Source: Flavobacteriaceae bacterium
GTDB lineage: Bacteria; Bacteroidota; Bacteroidia; Flavobacteriales; Flavobacteriaceae
Direction of reading: 5' to 3'
DNA: 37,871 nucleotides
Assembly (NCBI GenBank): GCA_014763515.1
Contig: JACXVH010000001.1
Span: 1-37,871, forward strand
In this document: piece after piece, positions 28,331 to 37,871 of the stretch
Layout: the number at the start of each line of letters is the position of its first letter
How positions within the stretch are numbered: the first letter of the stretch is position 1
Made by a program: the position numbers and the translations under genes
The notes under the pieces: model-generated
Told to the model about the DNA's origin: nothing
Databases searched by the model: none
Seen by the model: only the letters and a program-made list of their open reading frames with translations

Positions 28331-29257
28331 CTACTCTTTTAAAAATAAAATGTTGCGTTTTAGTCCTTCGAATTTTGTTCGTTTCACTGCAGACTTTTGA
28401 AAAATTTTTTGAAAAACATCATGAGTTATTTCCTCCCAATCTTTTTTATTAAAAACTAATAGTTCAGGATTTGGTGTAAAAGAAGGCTCAGAATTTGGTT
28501 TAGAAAATCTATTCCAAGGACAAACATCCTGACAAACATCACAACCAAACATCCAGTCATCAAATTTATTTTTAAATTCATTTGGAATATTATCTTTTAA
28601 CTCGATTGTAAAATAGGAAATACATTTACTTCCATCAACAACATAAGGCGATACTATTGCTTGCGTAGGACAAGCATCAATACATGCTGTGCAGGTACCG
28701 CAATGATCTGTTGTTGGCAAATCATAGTCTAATTCAATATCTAAAATAAGTTCTGCTATAAAATAAAATGAACCAACTTTTTGAGTAAGTAGGTTTGAAT
28801 TTTTTCCAATCCATCCTAAACCAGATTTTGCCGCCCAAGCTTTGTCTAGAACTGGAGCTGAGTCTACAAAAACGCGTCCATTAACTTCACCAATCTCATT
28901 TTGAATAAATTGCAAAAGGTCTTTTAATTTATCCTTTATAACATGATGATAATCATGACCATAAGCATATTTAGAAATCTTATAGGAATCTACATTTTGA
29001 ATTTCATTTGGATAATAATTCAATAATAGAGAAACAACACTTTTAGCACCATCAACTAACAATCTTGGATCAAGTCTCTTATCAAAATGATTTTCCATAT
29101 AAGACATTTGACCGTTAAAATTATTATTAAGCCAATTTTCTAATCGGGGAGCTTCAACTTCTAAAAAGTCGGCTTTAGATATACCACAAGAAAGAAAGCC
29201 GAGTCTTTTAGATTCGGCTTTTATTAAATGGGAATATTTTTCTTTATTATTAATCAA
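28331..29257 (-). CDS. queG: Epoxyqueuosine reductase
   Basis: [36 protein letters not shown] and [13 protein letters not shown]. Confidence 0.95.
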   Translation of the reverse strand: MINNKEKYSHLIKAESKRLGFLSCGISKADFLEVEAPRLENWLNNNFNGQMSYMENHFDKRLDPRLLVDGAKSVVSLLLNYYPNEIQNVDSYKISKYAYGHDYHHVIKDKLKDLLQFIQNEIGEVNGRVFVDSAPVLDKAWAAKSGLGWIGKNSNLLTQKVGSFYFIAELILDIELDYDLPTTDHCGTCTACIDACPTQAIVSPYVVDGSKCISYFTIELKDNIPNEFKNKFDDWMFGCDVCQDVCPWNRFSKPNSEPSFTPNPELLVFNKKDWEEITHDVFQKIFQKSAVKRTKFEGLKRNILFLKE

Positions 29258-29268
29258 AATATAAGAAA

Positions 29269-30291
29269 TTAAAACAATTCTCCTTGATTACCAGATTTCA
29301 TTCTACCAAGATGCTTATAAGCTAACTCTGTTACTTCTCTTCCTCTAGGTGTTCTAACAATAAATCCTTCTTGAATTAAAAATGGCTCGTAAACTTCTTC
29401 AATAGTTTCTCCACTTTCAGAAACCGCAGTTGCTAATGTTGTTAAACCTACAGGACCTCCTTTAAACTTATCAATGATAGTGGTTAGAATCTTATTATCC
29501 ATTTCATCTAAACCATGCGCATCTACATTTAACGCTTTTAATGCAAATTGTGCTATTTCAATATCAATTGAGCCATTGCCTTTAATTTGAGCAAAATCTC
29601 GAACACGTCTTAATAATGCATTTGCTATACGCGGTGTTCCGCGACTACGACCTGCAATTTCTATTGCCGCTTGATCAGAAATTGGAACATTTAAAATTGA
29701 AGCACTGCGCTTAATGATTGTTGACAAAAGTTCTTTATTATAATATTGTAAGCGACTTTGAATCCCAAAACGGGCGCGCATAGGTGAAGTTAGCAAACCT
29801 GAGCGCGTTGTAGCTCCAACAAGAGTAAAAGGATTTAAATTAATTTGAACAGTTCTAGCATTAGGACCAGACTCAATCATGATATCAATTTTAAAATCCT
29901 CCATGGCAGAATACAAATACTCTTCTACAACTGGACTTAAACGATGAATTTCGTCAATAAACAATATATCTCTTTCCTCAAGATCTGTGAGTAATCCTGC
30001 TAAATCTCCAGGTTTATCTAAAACTGGACCAGATGTAATTTTAATACCAACTCCAAGTTCATTAGCCAAAATATTTGCTAATGTAGTTTTTCCTAAACCT
30101 GGTGGCCCGTGAAACAAGGTATGATCTAGAGCTTCATTTCTTAAATTAGCAGCTTTAACAAAAACTTGAAGATTTTCTAAAACCTGTTCCTGACCTGCAA
30201 AATCATCAAATGAAAGAGGTCTTAATGCTCTTTCAATATCCATCTCTTGTGGTGAAAATCGTTCTTTATTAGGATTTAAATTCTCGTTCAT
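29269..30291 (-). CDS. ruvB: Holliday junction branch migration ATPase RuvB
   Basis: [34 protein letters not shown] and RTPRGR. Start moved to ATG 30291. Confidence 0.97.
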   Translation of the reverse strand: MNENLNPNKERFSPQEMDIERALRPLSFDDFAGQEQVLENLQVFVKAANLRNEALDHTLFHGPPGLGKTTLANILANELGVGIKITSGPVLDKPGDLAGLLTDLEERDILFIDEIHRLSPVVEEYLYSAMEDFKIDIMIESGPNARTVQINLNPFTLVGATTRSGLLTSPMRARFGIQSRLQYYNKELLSTIIKRSASILNVPISDQAAIEIAGRSRGTPRIANALLRRVRDFAQIKGNGSIDIEIAQFALKALNVDAHGLDEMDNKILTTIIDKFKGGPVGLTTLATAVSESGETIEEVYEPFLIQEGFIVRTPRGREVTELAYKHLGRMKSGNQGELF

Positions 30292-30307
30292 ATAGCAAAT
30301 ATAAAAC

Positions 30308-30339
30308 AAAAAAACCTTTCCTTTTGGAAAGGTTTTTTT
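30308..30339. terminator. Symmetrical intrinsic terminator ending the act-cox operon
   Basis: aaaaaaacctttcc-tttt-ggaaaggttttttt. Confidence 0.85.
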
Positions 30340-30356
30340 ATTTATAAATTTATATC

Positions 30357-32126
<1,770 letters not shown>

Positions 32127-32158
32127 AATCTTATTCTATTATTTGATGATATCTATAA

Positions 32159-33307
32159 TTATTCAATAACTTGTGCAACAACTTTAGTAGTATCTGCAAC
32201 AACTTCTATAACTTCTTGTTGAGCTGGTGTTTCAGCAGGTTTGTTTGCTTCTGCCCATTGAGTTGATAAAGTTGGTTTTTCAGCTAACCATTTTGTAAAC
32301 TCATCTTTTTCCTCAACAACTATTTTCATTTGCATATTGTAGTGAGATGCACCACAAATTTTATTACATAATAATAAGTAATTGAATTCGTAAGGATCTA
32401 AAGCAGATTCACCGTTTGCAATCAACTCTTTGCTTTTTTCAGTTCTAATTTTGTTGATATTAGCTACTTTCTTTTGTATTGCTTCATTCTGACGCATTTC
32501 AGAAGTAGTAACTGTAGGAACAAAAGTAAACTGTGTAATCATACCAGGAACGCAATTCATTTGAGCTCTAAAATGTGGCATGTAAGCTGAGTGTAAAACA
32601 TCTTGTGAACGGAACTTGAAAACTACTTTCTTTCCTTTAGGCAAATGTAACTCATTTGTTACTTTATCGTCTTGAGCTGCAGGATCAGATAAATCAACAC
32701 CTAATGTATTAACACCTTCAATATAACGAACGTTTGCTTTACCTAATGTATTATCTTCACCTGAGTAGCGTACTTCCCAACCAAATTGTTTCGCATAAAC
32801 TTCAACATATAATACATCCTCTTCTGCATCAAAATACATGATGTTATTCCAAGTATATAAACCGTATAGAATTAAACCTGCTAAAACAACTACAGGAATA
32901 CCTGTCCAAATTGCTTCTAATTTATTATTATCAGCATAATACATTGCCTTTTGATCTTTCTTACCACTATATTTAAAAGCAAAATAATGTAATAAGAACT
33001 GAGTTAATGTTTGCACGATGAAAATAATAACAAAAGAAATATTCATTAAGTTATCATAATCAGGACCGTGTTCAGAAGCGGGAGTTCCTAAAACTAGATG
33101 CCCCCATTTAACAATTGAATAAATTGTAAATAAATATATAAACCCAACGAATGCAAACATTAAGTAACCATTAACCTTATTGTCATTGTCATTAGCTACT
33201 TCAGTATTTTCTGAAGCTCCAATTTGAGTTAATGCAAAGATTTTAGTTAATTGCCAAATTGCAATTCCAATTAAAACTAAAACAAAGAATATCAATAAAC
33301 CCGTCAT
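32159..33307 (-). CDS. ctaC: Cytochrome c oxidase subunit II
   Basis: LEAIWTGIP, QFGW..RY, SQDVLHS and CuA loop CNKICGASHYNM. No CxxCH. Confidence 0.93.
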   Translation of the reverse strand: MTGLLIFFVLVLIGIAIWQLTKIFALTQIGASENTEVANDNDNKVNGYLMFAFVGFIYLFTIYSIVKWGHLVLGTPASEHGPDYDNLMNISFVIIFIVQTLTQFLLHYFAFKYSGKKDQKAMYYADNNKLEAIWTGIPVVVLAGLILYGLYTWNNIMYFDAEEDVLYVEVYAKQFGWEVRYSGEDNTLGKANVRYIEGVNTLGVDLSDPAAQDDKVTNELHLPKGKKVVFKFRSQDVLHSAYMPHFRAQMNCVPGMITQFTFVPTVTTSEMRQNEAIQKKVANINKIRTEKSKELIANGESALDPYEFNYLLLCNKICGASHYNMQMKIVVEEKDEFTKWLAEKPTLSTQWAEANKPAETPAQQEVIEVVADTTKVVAQVIE

Positions 33308-33326
33308 TTGTTTATTTCTTTAAATA

Positions 33327-34661
33327 TTAATAATGAAAATGTTTGCTCTCTTCCATTAACGGATTCCCTTTAGCAACTAGTGGAGCCTTTGTTAACGAAT
33401 TGAAAACAACGAATATAAATAAACCTAAAAAGAATAATACTGCACTAACTTCAGGTACACCAATAAACCATTGATCTCCAACAGCAGCAGGCATAATCAT
33501 ATTGTAAAAATCAAGATAATGACCTAATAGAATTACAACACCAGCCAATACGACAATCCAAGATAAACGTTTAAAATCAGTATTTATAAGGATTAATAAT
33601 GGGAAAACAAAATTCATAACCAACATTCCAAAAAATGGAAGTTTATAATGCTCAATTCTTGTTACAAAATAAGTTGCTTCTTCAGGTATATCTGAATACC
33701 AAATTAACATAAATTGAGAAAACCATAAGTATGTCCAGAAAATACTTAAACCAAACATGAACTTCGCTAAGTCGTGTATGTGACTTGTATTCACTTGCTC
33801 TAAATACCCTTTAGATTTTAAATAGATGGTAATCAAAGCAATTGTAGTAATAGCACTTACAAAGAAACTCGCAAAAACATACCAACCAAATAATGTACTA
33901 TACCAGTGAGGGTCTACAGACATAATCCAATCCCAAGACATAATAGATTCTGTAACAATGAAGATAACTAGAAAAGTAGCAGATAATTTAAAAATACTTT
34001 TATAAATAGAAGTATCGTCAGAGTTTTCTAAAGCTAATGAATTTTTTCTAATTTTGAATCTGAAAAAATTCCATAATAATAAGAATATTGCAGCTCTACC
34101 TAAAAAGAAAGGCACATTTAAATAACCTGATTTTCCTTGAATTAAATGGTCGTTTGCCACAACTTCAGGATCCATCCAAACAAATAAATGATTAAAATGT
34201 AATCCAGACAATACTAGTACACCAAAGAAAATTACTGATCCAGGTAATAAGTAAGCACTAATACCTTCCATAACACGGAATAATATTGGTGACCAACCTG
34301 CTTGCGCAGCATATTGGATAGTATTAAAAACAAATGCTCCTAAGCTGATTAACATAAAGAAAATACATGCTACATAAAAAGCTGCCCATGGTTTATTTTG
34401 CAATTGATGCAAAACGTGATCTAAATGCGCTTTGTGTTCAGTATCATGATTAACCTCCGTTGCGTGTGCAGCATGTTCATTGTTTGAAGCATGATTATCA
34501 TGAGTAGCTTCTACATGGTGTCCATGAGAATCTGCTGAAAGGATTGTTTCAACTTCTTCTATAGTCTTTGGAGCATCCAAGAAACTATAACCTATTCCTA
34601 AGGCACCAATTACCATAAGAATTAGCGAAAAAGTTTTTAATTTACTTGAAAACGTGTACAT
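33327..34661 (-). CDS. actF: Alternative complex III membrane subunit ActF
   Basis: Polytopic; DWIMSVDPHWYSTLFG, HIHDLAK and YLWFSQFMLIWY. Follows actE. Start moved to ATG 34661 to avoid overlapping actE. Confidence 0.9.
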   Translation of the reverse strand: MYTFSSKLKTFSLILMVIGALGIGYSFLDAPKTIEEVETILSADSHGHHVEATHDNHASNNEHAAHATEVNHDTEHKAHLDHVLHQLQNKPWAAFYVACIFFMLISLGAFVFNTIQYAAQAGWSPILFRVMEGISAYLLPGSVIFFGVLVLSGLHFNHLFVWMDPEVVANDHLIQGKSGYLNVPFFLGRAAIFLLLWNFFRFKIRKNSLALENSDDTSIYKSIFKLSATFLVIFIVTESIMSWDWIMSVDPHWYSTLFGWYVFASFFVSAITTIALITIYLKSKGYLEQVNTSHIHDLAKFMFGLSIFWTYLWFSQFMLIWYSDIPEEATYFVTRIEHYKLPFFGMLVMNFVFPLLILINTDFKRLSWIVVLAGVVILLGHYLDFYNMIMPAAVGDQWFIGVPEVSAVLFFLGLFIFVVFNSLTKAPLVAKGNPLMEESKHFHY

Positions 34662-34690
34662 ATCAATTACTTTCAAAAAGTGTTTTACAA

Positions 34691-35236
34691 TTATAATTCT
34701 GATCTTAGCTTTAAAACATAATCTGCTACTTGCCATCTTTCCTCTTGTGAAAGCTGATTAGCATGTGACCCCATAGAATTTAATCCATAAGTGATTACGT
34801 GATAAATACTACCTTCTGTAATTTCTCTATCTTTATAGTTAGGAACACCAAGGAATTTTTCTCTTTTAACTAAATTTCCTTTACCATCACCTTTTTCACC
34901 GTGACAAATTGCACAATAAATGTTGAATAATTCTTTGCCCTTTTCAGGATTTAAAGAAATTGAATCTAAAGGAGATTTTAAAGTTTCTTTAGCTAGCGTA
35001 TATCCCTCAGGTGTATTTGGAATTTCATAAGGAACGAAACCTCTTTTAATAGTTCCCTCTACGGGTAGTTGACCTTCCTTGCCACCTTTAAATACACTAT
35101 GTTCTGAATACGTTTCATAAGGAACTGCTTCATACATATTTGGCATGAACTGGTAGTTAGGCTTTGACTTATCGAAGCAAGAAGTTGCCATTACTGATAA
35201 CCCAACAACTGCTACTATTTTATATAAGCTTTTCAT
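34691..35236 (-). CDS. actE: ACIII monoheme cytochrome c lipoprotein ActE
   Basis: Lipobox ATSC, MPNMY, CAICH and a distal Met (NSMGS). Confidence 0.9.
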   Translation of the reverse strand: MKSLYKIVAVVGLSVMATSCFDKSKPNYQFMPNMYEAVPYETYSEHSVFKGGKEGQLPVEGTIKRGFVPYEIPNTPEGYTLAKETLKSPLDSISLNPEKGKELFNIYCAICHGEKGDGKGNLVKREKFLGVPNYKDREITEGSIYHVITYGLNSMGSHANQLSQEERWQVADYVLKLRSEL

Positions 35237-35245
35237 ATCTTGATA

Positions 35246-35770
35246 TTAATGCTTTTCAATTACTTTAACTTCAACCGCACCTGTTTCTTGTAAAAAAGAA
35301 ACTAATTCTTCTTCATTACCATGAACACCTATTTCCATTAAAAAATGATCATCAGTAGTTCTCACGTCAGGATTTTCTGCTTTTTTAAAAGGCCACAATT
35401 TACTTCTCATGTAAAAAGTAATAACCATTAAGTGGGCAGCAAAGAAAACAGTTCCCTCAAACATTACTGGCACAAATGCAGGTAAATTATCGATAAAACT
35501 AAAACTTGGTTTTCCACCAATATCTTGAGGCCAATCTTGAATCATAATATAATTTAACAATGCCGTATAAATTGCAAGCCCTGTTAAACCATAAAGAAAT
35601 GAAGCAATTGCAATACGCGTTGGAGCTAATCCCATTGCTTTATCCAAACCGTGAACTGGGAAAGGCGTATAAACCTCTTCAATATGATGATGAGCTGCTC
35701 TTGTTTTCTTTACAGCATCCATTAATACATCATCATCATTATATATAGCGTGTACTACTTTATTACTCAT
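35246..35770 (-). CDS. actD: ACIII subunit ActD (DUF3341)
   Basis: YTPFPVHGLD, IGGKP and PAFVPVMFE, with two TM helices. Confidence 0.9.
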   Translation of the reverse strand: MSNKVVHAIYNDDDVLMDAVKKTRAAHHHIEEVYTPFPVHGLDKAMGLAPTRIAIASFLYGLTGLAIYTALLNYIMIQDWPQDIGGKPSFSFIDNLPAFVPVMFEGTVFFAAHLMVITFYMRSKLWPFKKAENPDVRTTDDHFLMEIGVHGNEEELVSFLQETGAVEVKVIEKH

Positions 35771-35774
35771 GATA

Positions 35775-37184
35775 TTAGTGATTATCTGAATGATTATGAC
35801 CGTTTAATTCTCTTTCTCTTTTATAATTGTCACCAGATGCTTTCAAAATTGTTTTAACCTCTGCTTGAGCAATTACTGGGAAACTTCTAGAATATAATAA
35901 GAATAATACAAAGAAGAATCCGATGGTTCCTATATAAATACCTGCATCTACAAATGTTGGCTGGAACATTGTCCATGAAGATGGTAAATAATCTCTATGT
36001 AATGAAGTTACGATAATTACGAAACGCTCGAACCACATACCTACATTTACCACGATTGATATAATGAATGATGCCATAATACTTGTTCTAATTTTCTTAA
36101 ACCACATAACTTGCGGAGAAATTACGTTACAAGTCATCATTAACCAATATGACCACCAGTAAGGTCCTGTTGCTCTATTCAAGAAAGCATATTGTTCATA
36201 CTCTACACCAGAATACCAAGCAATGAATAACTCAGTAATATAAGCACAACCTACTATCGAACCAGTAATCATAATTACTAAGTTCATTAATTCAATATGT
36301 TGTAGTGTAATATAATCTTCTAAATTTGAAACCTTTCTCATGATGATTAACAGTGTTTGAACCATTGCAAATCCAGAGAAAATAGCTCCTGCAACGAAGT
36401 AAGGGGGTAAAATTGTAGTATGCCATCCTGGGATAACCGAAGTTGCGAAGTCAAAAGATACAATTGTATGTACCGAAAGTACAAGAGGGGTTGCTAAACC
36501 TGCTAATACTAATGAAACTTCTTCAAAACGTTGCCAGTCTTTAGCTCTTCCACTCCATCCAAAAGACAAGGTTGAATAAATTCTTTTTGTAAAAGGAGTT
36601 ACCGCTCTATCACGTAACATTGCGAAATCAGGTAATAAACCAGTCCACCAGAACACTAATGATACTGAAAGATAAGTTGAGATTGCAAAAACGTCCCACA
36701 ATAACGGTGAGTTGAAGTTTACCCACAAAGATCCAAATTGATTCGGAATAGGTAATACCCAATAACCTAACCAAGGACGACCCATGTGAATGATTGGGAA
36801 TAAACCTGCCTGAATTACAGAGAAAATCGTCATAGCTTCTGCAGAACGGTTAATTGCCATTCTCCATTTTTGACGGAATAATAATAATACTGCAGAAATA
36901 AGTGTTCCGGCGTGACCGATACCTACCCACCAAACGAAGTTAGTGATATCCCAAGCCCAACCAACTGTTTTATTTAATCCCCATGTTCCAATACCAGTAG
37001 ATACTGTGTAAATCATACAACCTAATCCGTATAGGAAAGCAGCTAGTGCTATTGAAAACACTATCCACCATTGTTTGTTAGCTCTTCCTTCTACAGGGCG
37101 AGCCACATCTACCGTAACATCATGGTAAGATTTACTTCCTACTACTAAAGGTTTTCTAATGGGTGCTTCGTAATGAGACGACAT
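35775..37184 (-). CDS. actC: ACIII quinol-oxidising subunit ActC (NrfD/PsrC family)
   Basis: NFVWWVGIGHAGTLISA, HMGRPW, SPLLWD, VHTIVS and GMWFERF. Confidence 0.93.
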   Translation of the reverse strand: MSSHYEAPIRKPLVVGSKSYHDVTVDVARPVEGRANKQWWIVFSIALAAFLYGLGCMIYTVSTGIGTWGLNKTVGWAWDITNFVWWVGIGHAGTLISAVLLLFRQKWRMAINRSAEAMTIFSVIQAGLFPIIHMGRPWLGYWVLPIPNQFGSLWVNFNSPLLWDVFAISTYLSVSLVFWWTGLLPDFAMLRDRAVTPFTKRIYSTLSFGWSGRAKDWQRFEEVSLVLAGLATPLVLSVHTIVSFDFATSVIPGWHTTILPPYFVAGAIFSGFAMVQTLLIIMRKVSNLEDYITLQHIELMNLVIMITGSIVGCAYITELFIAWYSGVEYEQYAFLNRATGPYWWSYWLMMTCNVISPQVMWFKKIRTSIMASFIISIVVNVGMWFERFVIIVTSLHRDYLPSSWTMFQPTFVDAGIYIGTIGFFFVLFLLYSRSFPVIAQAEVKTILKASGDNYKRERELNGHNHSDNH

Positions 37185-37216
37185 AATCCTTTATATTGTT
37201 TCTGTTAATTAATATT

Positions 37217-37870
37217 TTATTTTTCGTTTCTAACTTTAACGTGATAGAACACATTTGGTTTAGTTCCGATATGCTCTAATAAATGATACATTCTTTCAGA
37301 ATTTGCTAATTCAGCAACTTTACTTTCTTTATCATTTACATCTCCAAAAATCATGGCCCCACTAGTACAAGCAGCCGAACAAGCCGTTTGGAATTCACCA
37401 TCTTTTACTGGTCTTCCTTCACGCTTAGCTTTTAACTTAGTAGCTTGAGTCATTTGGATACACATTGAACATTTCTCCATAACTCCACGAGAACGAACGT
37501 TTACATCTGGATTTAATACCATACGTCCTAAATCATCATTCATATGATAATCAAACTCTTCGTTTTTGTTATATAAGAACCAGTTAAAACGACGTACTTT
37601 GTACGGACAGTTGTTTGCACAGTAACGAGTACCTACACAACGGTTATAAGCCATATGATTTTGACCTTCCCTACCATGAGAAGTAGCAGCTACTGGACAA
37701 ACTGTTTCACATGGTGCGTGATTACAGTGTTGGCACATTACTGGTTGGAAAGCAACTTGTGGATTCTCATTTGGATCTTCCATTCCTGCAAATGTATCAA
37801 TAGACGACATTAAACCAGAAGTACTTTCTTTTAATTCTACATCGGCTTCGAAAGTAGATTGTGATGAGTA
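37217..37870 (-). CDS. actB: ACIII subunit ActB, C-terminal Fe-S domain (5'-partial)
   Basis: CQHCNHAPCETVCP, RCVGTRYCANNCPY and EKCSMC. The frame stays open from 37810 to the window end (YSSQSTFEADVELKESTSGL). Confidence 0.9.
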   Translation of the reverse strand, partial: YSSQSTFEADVELKESTSGLMSSIDTFAGMEDPNENPQVAFQPVMCQHCNHAPCETVCPVAATSHGREGQNHMAYNRCVGTRYCANNCPYKVRRFNWFLYNKNEEFDYHMNDDLGRMVLNPDVNVRSRGVMEKCSMCIQMTQATKLKAKREGRPVKDGEFQTACSAACTSGAMIFGDVNDKESKVAELANSERMYHLLEHIGTKPNVFYHVKVRNEK

Positions 37871-37871
37871 A

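Noticed and set aside
33327-37871. ACIII plus aa3 oxidase as a novel system
   Set aside because: Already characterised in Flavobacterium; only the specific deviations are listed as findings.

Overview
AT-rich core-genome window from a Flavobacteriaceae (Flavobacterium-like) bacterium. The taxonomy is inferred from SprA, the ACIII genes, TAnnTTTG promoter boxes and signal peptides cleaved before Gln. The left end has a partial PiT phosphate transporter (missing from the ORF track), dodecin, MscS, tsaB, a MacA-like adaptor plus TolC, and a DUF4403-like lipoprotein. From 7439 to the right end every gene is on the minus strand. In transcription order: alternative complex III (actB partial, actC-F), oxidase subunits II and I, ruvB, queG, maeB, ruvA, sprA, gcvH, vanZ, two tonB genes (the second split by a +1 frameshift), deoC, a RemB-like barrel with an N-terminal TonB-C-like domain, then an oxidase subunit/assembly cluster (ctaB, two cox3, cox4, a Cys-less Sco-like protein, Sco, DUF420 and a small CxxC protein). 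I found no RNA genes, CRISPR arrays or mobile elements, and no system I can call clearly new. The best leads are the TonB-C trio with a shared CX10C motif, the frameshifted tonB, the inverted heptamer array that encodes a signal peptide, candidate copper-assembly factors, and the E-to-K change in the CuA motif. No searches were run: family calls come from motif recognition.
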